Source: Adineta vaga
Lineage: Eukaryota; Animalia; Rotifera
DNA: 64,000 nucleotides
Reading direction: 5' to 3'
Assembly (NCBI GenBank): GCA_021613535.1
Contig: CP075492.1
Span: forward strand, 4,464,001-4,528,000
Position 1 is the first letter of the stretch; each line of letters opens with the position of its first letter. The notes under the pieces were generated by a model, which saw only the letters and a list, made by a program, of their open reading frames with translations, had not been told where the DNA came from and made no database searches. Shown piece by piece: positions 20,324 to 34,747 of the stretch. Both the position numbers and the translations under genes were made by a program.

Positions 20324-22025
20324 TTATTGATTTTTAGGAACATTTACCAATGAATTAACATAATTGATTAAATCCTGTGAATAGAAAGAGAGATATCAAA
20401 CAGTTTGTTGTTATTCAGAAATAAGCTCTTTCTTTCTGGTATATCTAATCGTATATTATATGTGGACAAAAAGAGTTTATCTCTAATGACATTATGACAG
20501 TACTTAACTTAAGAAGATTTAATTCATCATTAGTCAATAGTATTAATCAATCTTACTGTTTTATGAGTAGATATAACTAATTGTTGAAGTGATTTTCCAC
20601 CTCCCTATATGAAAAGAAAAAACATGAATTTAGTTCTTCTTTTTTTCTCTTTTACTTTGGTCATAATTCGTGTTTCAGCTCCATGAGCAACTAATAATTG
20701 TGTTGTATTTAAATTGCCTCGAATAACTGCCATTTGTAATGCTGTTATATTCGTTGATTTATCTTCACATTGAGCATTTGCTCCATGATTGAGAAGAAGT
20801 TCGATAATTTCTTTATTACAATCATGTATAACTAAATTTCATCTTTTTTTTCAAAATGAATTCATTTCTTTCTTGAAAATATTCTACCTGCGCGATACAA
20901 TGGTGTCCATTTATTTACACCAGCTTCTCTATTCATTTCCATTTCTTTATTTTCATTCAATTGTCGAACAATAACAGAAACTGTTTCAAAATTTTTACTA
21001 TCAATTGCATTATGTAAGATCGATACATCTAAATAGATCATATTTCAAATTAATCATTTTATTCACAGTTTCGAAATACCATTTTGATCTCTACTATAAA
21101 CATTTACACCATGTTCAATCAACATTGTACATGCTTTACTAAAACCTGCACTAGCAGCAACCATAAGTCTAAAATTTGATCTTGTATAGAAAACATTTTG
21201 AAAAAACCGTTTACCTACGCTGTTTTACGTGAATTAATTGTACCATTGACTTTCGCACCAGCATTGATCAATAATTCCACTTTTCTATTCGATAAAATTT
21301 GTTCAAACGAACCAAATCTATCAATACTTACGCCAAATCAAGTTTCGCACATGCATGCATCAATGGTAAATTCCCATCTTTATCCGGATGTTCCAATAGC
21401 GGATGATCTGGTCCTCTACGACATAAAGAAAAATCTTCATTGTTTTAACCTTTCTATAAAACATACAAAATATCCAATAATTTTTCCAAATGATCCTTTC
21501 CTGGCATAGCAATTGCTTTATAAATCGTTTCTCCCGTCATAGGTTCTGCTGTTGTTCCTGCTTGCAATATAGGTGACCAATCTGAACGTTCACCACCATT
21601 CGCAGTCGATTTACATTGAATTCGAAATTCATATTGAGTATTAGCTTTCAGATTTTCAACTTTGTGAAACAAAGCAGATCCACTTGATATTAATAGACAA
21701 GAAAACAAAATTAGAAAGATATAGAATGACGATTGAAACATACCTATAAATACTTTCCCAAAGTGCACCCGACTTTTTTTCACGTCGATGTAAATAAATC
21801 AAGGAACCGGAACGTGCTGCACCTGATTCATCAAATAATCTTCGATATTCAGGTCGAGTATTATCTTGAATTCGTACATTTTCCCATTCAATTTCAATTG
21901 AATGATGAGTCGCAGACACGAATACCGGAGCCAATGGTCTCTCCAAACGTCCGTCTAATAGGAAAAAAACACCAAAATTTGTTCAAATGAAAAGAAAAAT
22001 ACACGATTAGAATCTTCTTACTCAT
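20324..22025 (-). CDS. FANK1: Fibronectin type III and ankyrin repeat protein (FANK1-like)
   Basis: ATG micro-exon at 22025, then FN3 (ATHHSIEIEW...VENLKANTQYEFRI...SDWSP), a T-A-EPMTGE linker and several ankyrin repeats (LINAGAKVN, LMVAASAG, LHNAID, LLLNHGAN, TALQMAVIRG); final exon DLINYVNSLVNVPKNQ with TAA at 20324. Confidence 0.82.
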
Positions 22026-24686
22026 ATTTTACTTCTCGTTTAACTATTTTTCTTTTGAAATGCTATTGAATTTCTTCGCTTGAAAACATCTCAACTTCAA
22101 CATGTCAAAAAAAGAAAAGGAAAATAGAAAATATGAAATCGATTGTTCTAGAGACAATAAATGTATCCGGTCTCTTATAAAATTTTTCAAGTAGACATTA
22201 TAAATGGATAGAAAATATTATTAAGTACCTGTCGTTCGATCGTTCACGTAAATGTCATTAGAAAAACGTGATATACGCGTAGAAAAGTATTTCAGACAAA
22301 ATACTTTTTCTTTCTGTCTATGCTACTGGAATAATTGCATGACGACGGAGTGCATAGAACAAAAGTGATTTAGTTTTTTAAATAAATAAGTTTCAATTTC
22401 TTTTAATTAATAATCAAGAAAATTTTGAAATAGGTAATTTTCCGTTAGATAAAAAAACGATTTCCGTAGAACATGAAGTTCATTTGTTTGAGAATTTTAA
22501 TTGAATTGTGTTTATTCGCGTGATCATTAGTAAATTTATTCGCGTGTTATCTGTACTTTCTGTCACTACCTTGATTCAGTTTATTACATTCATTTACTGA
22601 ATACAATGTATATATGAGTCATTGAAAATGAAAGTTATTTGACATTTAAATTTGAAAAATATTTGTTTCATTCGGACCTATATATAAAATCTGAGAAACT
22701 TCTATTGCTACTACAGAAAATATATTAACTATCATTCATGTAGCAAATATATAAAATACAAGCCGTTAGTAAATTTACGAGAATAAAAGGATTCAGTTTT
22801 TTTTCATACAGACAGTTTTGGAAAGCTCAATGAACTCTATTGAACTATATAAGAAACATCACAATAAAACTATTATTAGATTTCATAGTAACATGTATGT
22901 CAGTTAAAATATTTAAGCATATGATAACAACATTTATTTGCAGTTTTTTGTGTGATTTTTTTTCTTATCACACTATAGTTTATTCACATCAATTAAATTC
23001 TATTTTCAAGGACTTTTTTCTATTATTACAGGTGTCTATATATACATATACATATAGAAAGATAGATACATAGTACTCGCCTTGCGTTATCAAATGACGA
23101 AAAAACAATCGAATCGTCTAAGATCCGGATTATCGTGACGAGGAAACTTCCAGCAAATTTGTAACGATATTGAGAAATAGAAAAAAGGTAAAGCAGGGTT
23201 TACAAGGGCAATGTGCATAACTTTGATGCAGTGTAAATGTCTTATAACACTTTCTAATATTTTTCTTCACGATCTTTCATATTAATTTAAAAAACTATTG
23301 TATAAAAAAGAGTTAAAGCATATGCAGTATTTTTTAATATTATTAGACTGCAATAGTTCAACTTCATCAGATAATCTAAATATATGGCTCAAAACTAAAA
23401 AGTGAATCAAGACTTTTGATCATTACTATATTTAATAAAGAAATACGGTTCAAAAAAAGTCATTTCTTGTTTTTAATCCATCATGCTCTCATGACAGAAT
23501 CATTCATCATCATTTTATACTTGCGTGTTAAAGTATCAAACATTTATTTTTCATGAAAGTTATATAACATACAGAACTCTTCTGCATTTTTATCCTAGAT
23601 AGAAAGAAAACAGTTTCTTCATTGAAAAAAATATCCATGAATCCGAAACCTTGTCCTGTATCATATATGGGTGATGATAGGAAAGATTCTTTTTTGCTTT
23701 TTCTCAATAGACACGAATGAATGTGAAGTGTCTTGAATAGTCCATTTCATGTCGTTTGTTAACCAATTGTAATTAGAAATGTCATATTTTCTACAACGGA
23801 GAATAATCCTTCCAGCACCGAATTAGTATTTGCTATTTCAACAAGAAAAAGAAAAATCGAGAATACGGTCATGTTGTTTGCATTACACAGCATCCGAAAT
23901 TATTATGAGTAACGTCATAAAAAAAATAGGTGTAGCTTTTTCTACCATAACAAGTTCACTCGTTCACGGATAAACTTCATTCAAATTTTGTTGTTTGTCA
24001 AAAGCAAGAGGATAGTGTGATCTAATAGTTTCCATACAATATAAATTAGTAAATATTTTACATGTACAATCCATTGATATATTCTGGAAAAACATATGAT
24101 GAAAATGATTTATCACAAACTCTTGAATCTATTATCATGTGGAGCAGATTGTTTTACTTTCATCTTCTAATATACGATAAGTATTAACAACGTTCACGCT
24201 CTTGATTGACGCAAAATTTCCTCTGACGTAGGGTTTTTCTCTTCGTGTATCTTAAGTAATATTATCCAGATGTTTCATAATTTAAATATTAAAGAAAATA
24301 CATTTGACGTCAATTAAAAAATGAACTTTATGTAGTTATATCTAATAGAAATAAACTATATACTTTTTCTATGAATTACTGAGTAAAACTGAAGGAACAC
24401 AGTAAAAAGGACTTTCCCATGAATATGAAAAAATGAATTTTGCAAGTAACAAAATTTAAGGATAACAGAAATAATAAACTTCCTGTATAACTCGCCATGG
24501 CGTACTAAATAAAATCTAATTTTAGAAATAATTAATGTGTGTTAGGTAAATACGCATGATCTTTCGTTTTTGATCGATCGTGCATGTTAACAAAATTCAT
24601 ATCTTTCATCTAGAACTCAGTGGATATATAATCGTTGCTTCCAACACAGTTACTCCTGACATTTGTAACAGGGTTCTAGGACAAGA

Positions 24687-25709
24687 ATGTCGTTATTAGA
24701 TATTGCGACGCTGAATTTAATCTCTCAACAAATCAATATTTATGTGTGTTCAGTTATTCTTATTATTGGTGTGATTGGTGGATGTCTAAGTATTCTTGTT
24801 TTTCTTAGTCTTCGAACATTTCGACTAAGTTCATGTGCATTCTATTTGATTATCATATCAGTTTTTAATATTGGTCAATTAGTTACTGGTCTTCTACGTC
24901 AAATTATGGTTGCTGGTTTAGGTATTGATTGGACACAAAATTCTTTGTTTTATTGTAAATGGAGACCATTCTGTTTTCAAGCTTGCATGTTAATTTCATT
25001 AACGAATGTTTGTTTCGCAACGATTGATCAATATTTGGCTACATGTCATCATCCAAAATGGCAAAAACGGTGTAATATCAAAGTAGCTGGTTGTCTCTCT
25101 ACAATTTCTATCATTCTATGGCATTTACATGCTGTTTTATACTTAGTCTATATGGATCAAATTATTCTATCAACCGGTAAGATCATATGTGCAAATACCA
25201 ATGCTATATTTCAACAATATATCAATTATGTATTAACTTCAATTATTGGAAGAGTAATTCCTCTTATTATAACATTTACATTTGGTATATTAGCTTATCG
25301 TAATTTAAAACAAATTGCTTATAGAACTATTCCACTTATTCGTCGTGAACTTGACAAACAATTGACAACAATGGTATTAGTTCAAGTTGTTTTTACTTGT
25401 TTTGCTATTCTACCTGCATTTATTGTAAGTTCAATTATATCATATACAAATTTGACGAAAGATCCACTCATTGCTGCACAACTTCAATTAATAAATCTTT
25501 TAGTGACATGTTTATATTATCTATATTTTGCCGTAAGTGTAAAATTGTTAACGAAATTAAAATTTTTTGTTTTTTCTTGATAATAGAGTCCATTCTACAT
25601 TTATCTTATCGTTTCGGAACGATTTCGTCGACAATTTATTTACGTTATTTTACAACGCTGGCGTCCAAAGAAATCACTAAATAATCAAATAATACCGCAA
25701 GATTTGTGA
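24687..25709 (+). CDS. Divergent rhodopsin-like GPCR, 2 exons
   Basis: 7 hydrophobic segments, CAFYL, CKWR, TIDQY and RRELDKQLTTMVLVQV. An intron near 25533-25586 joins YFA/SPFYIY; TGA at 25707-25709. Confidence 0.85.
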
Positions 25710-26406
25710 ATTTTGAACAATTCTTTTCAAGAACATGTCTCTAACATAGAAATGAAGCATCAATGTAATTAAAATAGTGTCCCTTTTATTTTCTAAATAT
25801 AAATTACAATTAAAATTTATGATTGACATTAATAATAACGACCTTTCAGTTCTGTTATATATCATCATTTGTAATCTGTTGTTAGAGGAACATGTGTTGA
25901 GTTTTTCATCGTCAAAACTTAGCATATCGTGTTTTAATTGTGTATGAATATAAATGAACTATAAAAATGAAAGTGCCAAATTAATACTTTCTTTTGTAGA
26001 TGATCTTAAGAAATAATTTGTTAAATTTACGTCTTGGTTTCAACCAGAAATATGTGTATTCATCGTGATGATAAATACTCGAGTTTCACAAACTCATTAG
26101 ATCAAAATCTGACGAGATATTCTTTAGTTTTGATTCAACAGAAAGACGATTGATGAAACTATACCATGTAGTCCGTTGTTTTTTCAATTTGGAAATTATT
26201 TTTGCTTGAAACGGATATTTAAGATTCTTGATAATATATTATAAACTGCGAATAATTGTTTTCGAAGTGTTGTTTTTCTTCAAGTAATTTTATATATTTT
26301 AATTAGGAAACTCGAAAAAAAAAGTTGATAACTTCTTTTCTTCTGTTAAAATACAACATTGTTCACATCAAATAATTTTCTCTTCGTCAGCATAGAGGTT
26401 GTTACT

Positions 26407-26892
26407 ATGTATTCAACAATTTTATTCATATTTTCAACTTTTTGGATAGCAAATCAAGCTCAAATATGGAATGGAACATTTCAAATGAATTCAACATGTA
26501 TTACAACTTCGTGTTGCTGTGTTTCTAGAGAACTCGTTGTTACTCGTCCAACAACAAATACTCTATCTGTTAATGCAAATCTAACAGGCGTATGTTTTGG
26601 CCTAAATGCATTATCTGATACAGAAGAATATCCAAATGGATATACATTATCTGTAACAATTTCTCTTCTTACATTGGATATTATATTAAGTAATGATAGT
26701 AATACGCTCACTATAACTAATTCATTGATGCCACAATGTAATGGAAAAGCAGTGCGAAAAATGTTACAAATTGTCACTGTCACTGTCAGTACAACTACTC
26801 AAGTATCAAACAGTGCAATGCATCAATATATGAATATGATGATGATGTTGTGGAGTTTCATTCTTTTTATATGTATGAAAAATCATTTCTAA
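26407..26892 (+). CDS. Small secreted, probably GPI-anchored Cys/Thr-rich protein
   Basis: ATG at 26407, signal-like N-terminus, WNGTF..C..SCCC..C..C core, Ser/Thr-rich stalk and hydrophobic C-terminal tail. Confidence 0.7.
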   Translation: MYSTILFIFSTFWIANQAQIWNGTFQMNSTCITTSCCCVSRELVVTRPTTNTLSVNANLTGVCFGLNALSDTEEYPNGYTLSVTISLLTLDIILSNDSNTLTITNSLMPQCNGKAVRKMLQIVTVTVSTTTQVSNSAMHQYMNMMMMLWSFILFICMKNHF

Positions 26893-27720
26893 TATTGATT
26901 ACTTCACTTTATATTAAATATCGTTTCTGTCCACCAAATTTACATTTGAAATAAATAAATATAAAAAAATTGTAAGTGTTCCGTAGTTTATAATAATGCA
27001 ATTGTTTTAGTAATGAGTTTCTGAGAGAAGAAAATACGAAGGATCGTCGTAAACATAAATAACAGTCGGAAATGAATCATTGATACTTTTTCGTTAAACA
27101 AATTTATTTATTGATGTTTTCTTATGATAGTGATTCAATACAGAATCTTTCTCTTTTTATTTAACTTCTAAACGCCCTTCATCGACTTACACGGATGCTT
27201 TTTCTTAACATAAATGTGAGTGTAACGAAGCGTAAAATTGTTTTTTGCATATTTCTTTTGTAATAATCGATATGTATGGATATTGTTCACTGAAGAATTG
27301 TAATGTACTAATATGAACGAAACATTGTGAGAGTTTACGAAAATAATCCTAATAATCATGAATGTTTTCGATGGAATATATCGATAACGTTTTGGTGCTT
27401 CGAATTTATCTATACTTTTTTCTCCTCGCAAGTTTTATTCTTTTGAAATAAAGAATAATTTAGAATATTTGTTTTTTTACTTTTGTTTTCGTAGGTGATT
27501 TAAAACAGATAAAAAAACGACATAATTCGTAGGTAGAAATAACGTAATGAGAAAAAAAAAATTTTTTTCGTATTAAACTATAATGACGTGTAAATCTCAC
27601 ATTTGATACGTAGATTGTTTCTTCCCTTTTTACTTCTTAATATATACTGAGTATTTTTGTTTTTACATAACAACGTATAAAAATAAATCGCTAATAAGGT
27701 AATTATATAAATTTACGATA

Positions 27721-27999
27721 ATGGTAACACGTAGTGGTAAGGAAACCAATTTGTATGGACTTCGTGCCGATCAATTATTTGAAATTCAAACAGCATTTCA
27801 TCAATTTGATTTGAATCATAATGGTTATATAACTGGTGCTGAAATGCGTGAATGTTTGCATCGTTTTAATATTGGATTTAGTGATGCAGATATTCAACGT
27901 GTCTTATCTCAGATGGATTTGAATCGAGATGGACAAGTTAGTTATGACGAATATATGGCGTTTATGGCAAGAGTTTATCGAGGTGAAATAACTTATTAA
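27721..27999 (+). CDS. Two-EF-hand calcium-binding protein (calmodulin-lobe-like)
   Basis: Canonical loops DLNHNGYITGAE and DLNRDGQVSYDE in a 92-aa intronless ORF. Confidence 0.88.
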   Translation: MVTRSGKETNLYGLRADQLFEIQTAFHQFDLNHNGYITGAEMRECLHRFNIGFSDADIQRVLSQMDLNRDGQVSYDEYMAFMARVYRGEITY

Positions 28000-29039
28000 C
28001 GAATATAGAACTATACTTTACATAATATTTTTATCGAAATAAATTACGGAAAGATAATTTGGTTGTGAGAATTTATAATAATTATGTTTGATTTGAAATT
28101 AACAGTATATCAATTAGAACAATCTATAGAATGATGATAATGAAGATGTATTTAGTAGAGTAAATAGACACCAATATGATTCATAATCTTGAATTAAAGA
28201 CGAGAATATCTGTGATTATCTCTACTGAACTCGATACATATGTCTGTATTTGAAGATATCTTAGTTTTATGCCGTTAATATCTGTGTAATTTATTATATC
28301 TCTAAAAATAAGAAGTCTCCATTCACCTATAATAATATACACATCGTTATTTCATTGATCGATCAGTATTTAATACAAAGTGGAAATATTTCACGTTCGT
28401 ATAAGGTTACATGTAGATCATTCAGTGATTGTCTAATCCAGTTTCCAGCTTTTATCATACTTTTTTCTATACTTTCAGATTCGTAATGATTGTTTCGATT
28501 AGTCTAGATTATCCGTCAAATGATTTATTGTTATCGTTAACATAATACCTACGTGGTATCATGTGGACATAATCTTTGTCTGTTTATTGAGCACGATCTT
28601 CGAGAAAGTCTTCCTTGAAGCAATAACCACGATTGTACAGGATGTAGAACACATCACTGTCAAGACAATATTCACTCGGTAAGTGTAATTTACATAGGGT
28701 ATGATGTAGTCTATTATGAGTTGGAAACAAATCTGTTACGTTTACATCTTGATTTTTATTCCATAGTTCTCATTCTATACTTTGATTAATATGTGACGAT
28801 GAAGATTCTTTCATATAGTATATAATTATTCCACTAGTTGTCGCTATATGTCAATAGCATTCGTTTTTAATATACGATTGGTTATTTCACTCGCTTCCAA
28901 CATTTCATCTGCCAAGTCATCAACGACTATTGGTTTAATGATGAGAATAGAACGAACTTTTTTGGTTGCAGCTTGCTTGTAGACACTTAATTTTATTTCT
29001 TTCAGATTCGTTTTATTTGATAATAAAATCTGCAAGATC

Positions 29040-29656
29040 ATGGAAAGCTTCTATCGACTCCCATTTAACTTTGTTCAATGCCCAAATATAAAATTGAAGA
29101 AGCCATCGTGGATTCGAAAACCATCCAATTCAACGTAACCTGAATTCATTCTTGATATCTTTATTCTTCTTTTTTTTATCATTAGAGTTTTATTTGGTTT
29201 ACTTGTTTCTTACTTTCTGGTCACTGCCGGTGTTATTTATGACATTATTGTTGAACCACCAAGTGTCGGTTAGTATATTTATAAACAGACAATATGAATT
29301 AATTTTAAATTGTATAACACATTTTCAAGGTAGTACAACTGATGAATTTGGTCATCATAAACCAGTAGCTTTTATGGCATGGCGTATCAATGGTCAATAT
29401 ATTATGGAAGGTCTTGCAGCTGCATTCATGTTTACATTAGGTGGTCTCGGTTTTATTTTACTCGATCAAACAAATAAACCAAATATGCCACGTCTTAATC
29501 GAGTATTGATGATTCTTTGCTCATTCATTTTTATTCTTGTTGCCTACGGTGCGACTAAAATCTTTATTCGGTATGTTAAAAATTTCAATAAAATAGATAA
29601 TTATCCATTTTGATTTCTTTATTTTCAGCATTAAAATGCCAAGCTATTTAAGTTAA
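29040..29656 (+). CDS. OSTC: Oligosaccharyltransferase complex subunit OSTC/DC2, 4 exons
   Basis: MESFYRLPFNFVQCPNIKLKKPSW...[50 protein letters not shown]...IKMPSYLS, a near-diagnostic match to DC2. Confidence 0.93.
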
Positions 29657-30128
29657 ATGTTTGCACAAGTTTAATGATCGATTTGCATTATTACAGAACG
29701 TTTTGGGATTTTCGTTTTTGTTTTTTTATTTATATGTAGCACTGTTTTTCTTTCTTCTACTTTCTATTCACTGTTATTGTTATTCACATAGAAGTATATC
29801 TTGATTCTTAAAAGAAAAACAAATATCACACAAAATATAAATTCGATTTACTACAACAAAATTATAAAAGTGAAAATTGCTCGATGATATTTCATTAGCA
29901 TAACTATTCAAGTATATGCTCTTTGCTAATCAAACTCATTCTGTTAGAAACAAAATCTATAGTTAGCTTAAATAATAAAAAGAGACTATTCTATAATGCT
30001 CAATCCATCTTTCTTCTTTTATTTATTTGTTAATTAAAAAAAAAACAATCTGAGCATGTATAAACAACGAAAAAAATCTTCTTTTCTTAAATCTTCTTGT
30101 ATCGATTTTGGATATGTATAAATAAGAT

Positions 30129-30771
30129 TTATATAATACCAATTCGATTTGCAACATCGAGTGCATCATGATCAGCCTTGAGTCTAACATAAGCTTTCTT
30201 TTCACCATCTGGTCGAATTAATGTATTGATTGTTTCAGCTTCTACATCATACATTTTCTTAACGGCTTGTTTAATTAATGGTTTATTCGCACGAATATTG
30301 ACAATAAAAACTAATGTATTATTATCTTCGATTTTTTTCATTGCCGATTCAGTTGTTAATGGATATTTAACAATGGCAAAATGATCGAGACGATTACGTT
30401 TTGGTGCTGATCGTCGTGGATATTTTGGTTGACGTTTTAGACGAAGTGTAAATGGACGACGAAACGTTGGTTTCGTATGAATTTTACGATTTCGTGTTAA
30501 TTTGTTACCACTACAAATTTAGGAAAAAACAATGCAAATCATTTTTTAATGACAAATTGAATTTTCTTTACCGAACAACACGTTGTTTAGCTTTTAATGC
30601 CTTGCTTTGAACCTTTTCTTTACGTTCTTTAGTAACGACTTTAGTAGTTGTTGAACTACCAGTTGGTTTAGTCGTTTTCTTTGCACTTGCAGTTGCTGTT
30701 GTTGAAGCAGCTGGAGTGTCTTTCTTTTTCGTAGAAGCAGATGTCTCCTTAGTATCTTTCTTGGGAGCCAT
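30129..30771 (-). CDS. RPL23A: 60S ribosomal protein L23a (uL23) with Lys/Ala/Thr-rich N-terminal extension, 2 coding exons
   Basis: [28 protein letters not shown]...[22 protein letters not shown]...[30 protein letters not shown]. Confidence 0.96.
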
Positions 30772-31794
30772 AGCAGCAAAACGAGATCTAAAAAGATTGA
30801 AAAAATATTTCAGTTATTATCTTTAAATTTTCTCTATTCTATCTATATTCCGTGTAAGTAAAAGACAACTTCATTTGTTGTTTATCGGTCTCTCTTAGTA
30901 AAATTTTGATTGGATTATGATTTCATCAAATTCTTCCGAATTATTCGAATCATTTTATCAAAATATTCGATAAAATTATTTCATTTTAATAGAGAAATAT
31001 TATTTGAAAAAGATTTTTCTTAAACTATTTTCCAGGATATTTCATAGATGTCTCTCGTAGTCAAACCAACCCATTGATTTTAACTTTCGTAAAATTTGAA
31101 TATTCGTCGTCGTATGTTTTATACATCATTCAAATTTTAACAGAAAAATAAATTGTTACATCTAATTTACGGATACGTTCGTCTTAGAAATATTCACAAT
31201 AAAAAGATGTTCATTGATCATTGTGTAAAGAATTTGCAATTAAGCATATGATCATATTCTATATGTATTAGTTCTCGTTTATATTTATCAATCGATCGAT
31301 ATAGTTCATATTTAACTAAACTAAACACATCTTTTCGGTTAAAAACAATGTCTTCATTTGAATCTTTATATTTTTTAAACTTATTGAAACATTTCGATGA
31401 TACTAATGGTTCTTTCAAAGACCAATGAAAATCTTGCTTACTAACTCCTATGATGTCAATCAAATTATTAGCAAAATAAATTTCATAACTAGTAATTCAC
31501 ATGACAAATATTCTTCAAATTGTTTCTGTTTATATTTTATCCTAGTTAAAAAGATCATTATTTATCTAATATCTAGGTCATCATTGTTTATACCAACAAG
31601 TTCGAAAGAAAATAAAAATCGTTAGACAAGAAGACGAAGCGAACAAGCGACGGTGCATTTGTTGTATATATTCTGTCATTCACGCACATTACACGATAAA
31701 AGTGAGAAGGATATTTTTCATTGACTTGTAAAATCGAACTATTGTCTTTCCTTTTCTTCGAACAGATTGATATCTATTCATTTTTGTTTCAATC

Positions 31795-34747
31795 ATGTCT
31801 GGTATCAAACGAACACGACCCGATGATAATCTTCCGTTAACACAATCAGACACAAAAACAATTGAACAGTCACCAAAAATTGAATCATCAACACCATTTG
31901 TTAGTACAATTGAAGAAGAATATACATGGTAATAAGACAAGAAACAAATAGTCAATAGGTTCATATTTTCCTTCTTCTTTTAGTCCAATCTGCTTTGAAT
32001 TGATCAGCGAAGCATATGTTTCTCGATGTGGACATAGTTTTTGGTAAATTAAGATAAACAATTGATGAAGATATATTTGTTCTCTACTTTAGTAATAAAT
32101 GTCTTCAACGAACGGTTGAATCTCATCGTCGATGTCCAAAATGTCAATTAAGTCTTCAACCTGCGGATATTTTTCCTAATTATACATGTAATATGAATTT
32201 TTATTCATTGAATATTTGTTTTTTTCTATATCTTCCTATTTCTTTAAATAGTAAATGCAATTATTGAAAAATATCGTCAACAACGTCCATTATCTCAAAC
32301 ATTTGCTAAATATGGTGTAAGTCAAATGTTTTTAAACTTCTTTATTGCATGAAATTTTCTTCTAGAGTATTGTAGATCATATTTCTGATATGGTTACAAA
32401 TATTCATTCATTCAATGGTCAAGATCTTGATCGATTAATATCAGTTATTCGTCAGCATAAAGAAAAACTTGATTCAGTTCGTTTGAATTCTTCTTATCTT
32501 CATATTTCTTAACTTTGTTTTTTAATAGGATAATGAATATATTCACAATCGTTTATTAGAAATCTTTCTTACACATGTTCATCATGAACGAAGTGGCGTA
32601 AGACGGAAAAATTTTCTTTTTCCTTCACACTAATTTTTTTTCTCTTTAGGCAATTGAATCTCTATCAAAAGAATTAAATATCGTTGATAAAGATTTAAAA
32701 CAAATGAATAAACGACAAAAATGTTCCTCTTCATCATCATCATCATCATCAACAAATGCAAATGCTTCTACTAATTCAACTTCAAAACAAACTATTGATG
32801 ATAATTCGTTATTATCATCTGATTCGACAAATATTACCAAAGTAGATCTTTCATCATCTAATGATACAACTATTGTCAATGATAATGTTCCTAATTGGAC
32901 ACAATCCGGAGGACAAGTAAGATCTATACAGAAGAAACTTTCAAAGATTATCCCATTTTTAGGATCTTCGAGCAACACCAGATATGAAAATAGATAAACA
33001 AGATTCACCACCAACTACAATAACAAAAGCACCAACATCATCGAGAATTATTTCAACTGGTGCTGTAGTATGTTGAACTAGAATTTTAATTCAAAATCAA
33101 AATATCATCCTCTTTCTCTCAGGTTCCACAAGAAACGAATCAATATGATGATATTGAAAGTCGTACAAAGATTATGATGCATTTTATGGATGATTTAACA
33201 AATATTTATTTTTCTACACGAAATTCTTTAAGATTAACTGTTGATAATGGTAAAATCTTAACATCAAAGAAATCTTTATCTTTATTTATTTTTATTGAAT
33301 AGATGGTTCATGTAATAGTGATAGTGGTTTAAGTACATTTCGTGATAGTCTTGCAGCAGTAACGAAATATTCACGTTGTAAACCGATAGCAACAGTAAAT
33401 TTTGTCGGAGAAAATTTTACACAAGCAAGTATTGTCTCAAGGTAAATATCATTTGTTTAAATATACATTATTGAATGGATAATTTGTATTTATTAGCATT
33501 GAATTTGATCGTGATTATGAACATTTTGCTGTTGCTGGTGTATCGAAAAAGATTAAAGTAAAGATTTGAAGATTTTTATTCGTTGTTGAAATTGACCTTA
33601 ATTTTTTTTTGTTTTAGTTATATGAATATCAATCGATCTTAGATAATTCAGTTGATTTACATTATCCATCGAAAGAAGTTGCATGTACAGCTAAATTAAG
33701 TTGTATTAGTTGGAATCCATATTTAAGAAATTATTTGGCATCAAGTGATTATGATGGTTTTGTTACTATTTGGGATATGGCAACAGCACAGAAAGTTCGA
33801 ACATTTCAAGTAATGACTCATTTATCGAAGAAATTCTTTAATCAAATGAGAATTTCTTTTAGGAACATGAAAAACGTGCGTGGAGCGTTGATTTTTGTTC
33901 ATCAGATCCAAAATTACTTGCATCATGTTCTGATGATTGTCGAGGTAAGATGAAATTCAATGGAATAGAAACTTATATTTTCTTGTCTTTCCTAGTTAAA
34001 ATCTGGTCAATGCATAATGAATATTCAGTAACAACAATCGATGCAAAATCTAATGTTTGTTGTGTTAAATTTAAACCCGATTCTCCACATAATATTGTCT
34101 TTGGCACAGCGGATCATAATTTATATTATTTTGATTTACGTAATACACGTGAACCTTGTCATTTATTAAAAGGTCATAAAAAAGCTGTTTCATATGCAAG
34201 ATTTTTATCCAATAATGAAATCGTCTCAGCATCAACAGATAGTCAACTACGATTATGGCGTGTTACCGAAGGTCAATGTTTACGAACATATCGTGGACAT
34301 GTTAATGAAAAGAATTTCGTTGGTTTAGCTGTTTCATCAGGTTATATTGTTTGTGGTAAGTTTTGTCAAATTATCATCCATCGATATTTTCTTGTTTGTT
34401 TACTAGGTAGTGAATCGAATACAGTACATTTATATCAACGGGAAATCTCTCGACCATTACTTGGCTATAAATTTGATGATCAAAATAATGGACCAATAAA
34501 AACAGTGACAAATACAACGGTAAAAGTAAATTTGTGAATCCGTAGAAAATATATTTTTTGTTTGATTTTAGGATCGTACAAAGAAAGAAGAAGGTGGTTC
34601 AGAATTTGTCAGTGCTATGTGTTGGAGTAATGTAAGAAGTCTTTTTTTTTTGGTTTATTTCGATAATTAAATTGATTTATTTAGCGTGAAAATATCTTAT
34701 TGGCAGCGAATAGTCAAGGTGTTGTTAAAGTATTGGAATTAGTATAA
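31795..34747 (+). CDS. COP1: E3 ubiquitin ligase COP1 (RFWD2): RING, coiled coil, WD40
   Basis: Spliced C3HC4 RING ([24 protein letters not shown]...CPKC). The WD40 region has the COP1 signatures [67 protein letters not shown] and [14 protein letters not shown]. Confidence 0.93.

Noticed and set aside
23500-24150. Possible degraded minus-strand coding sequence with a faint TRAF/MATH-like WTIQD...SSPIY segment
   Set aside because: Several stops and frameshifts and too few conserved residues to support a call without a search.
31218-31463. 81-aa ORF between RPL23A and COP1
   Set aside because: Non-ATG start, no motifs, and it lies in a probable promoter/UTR region.
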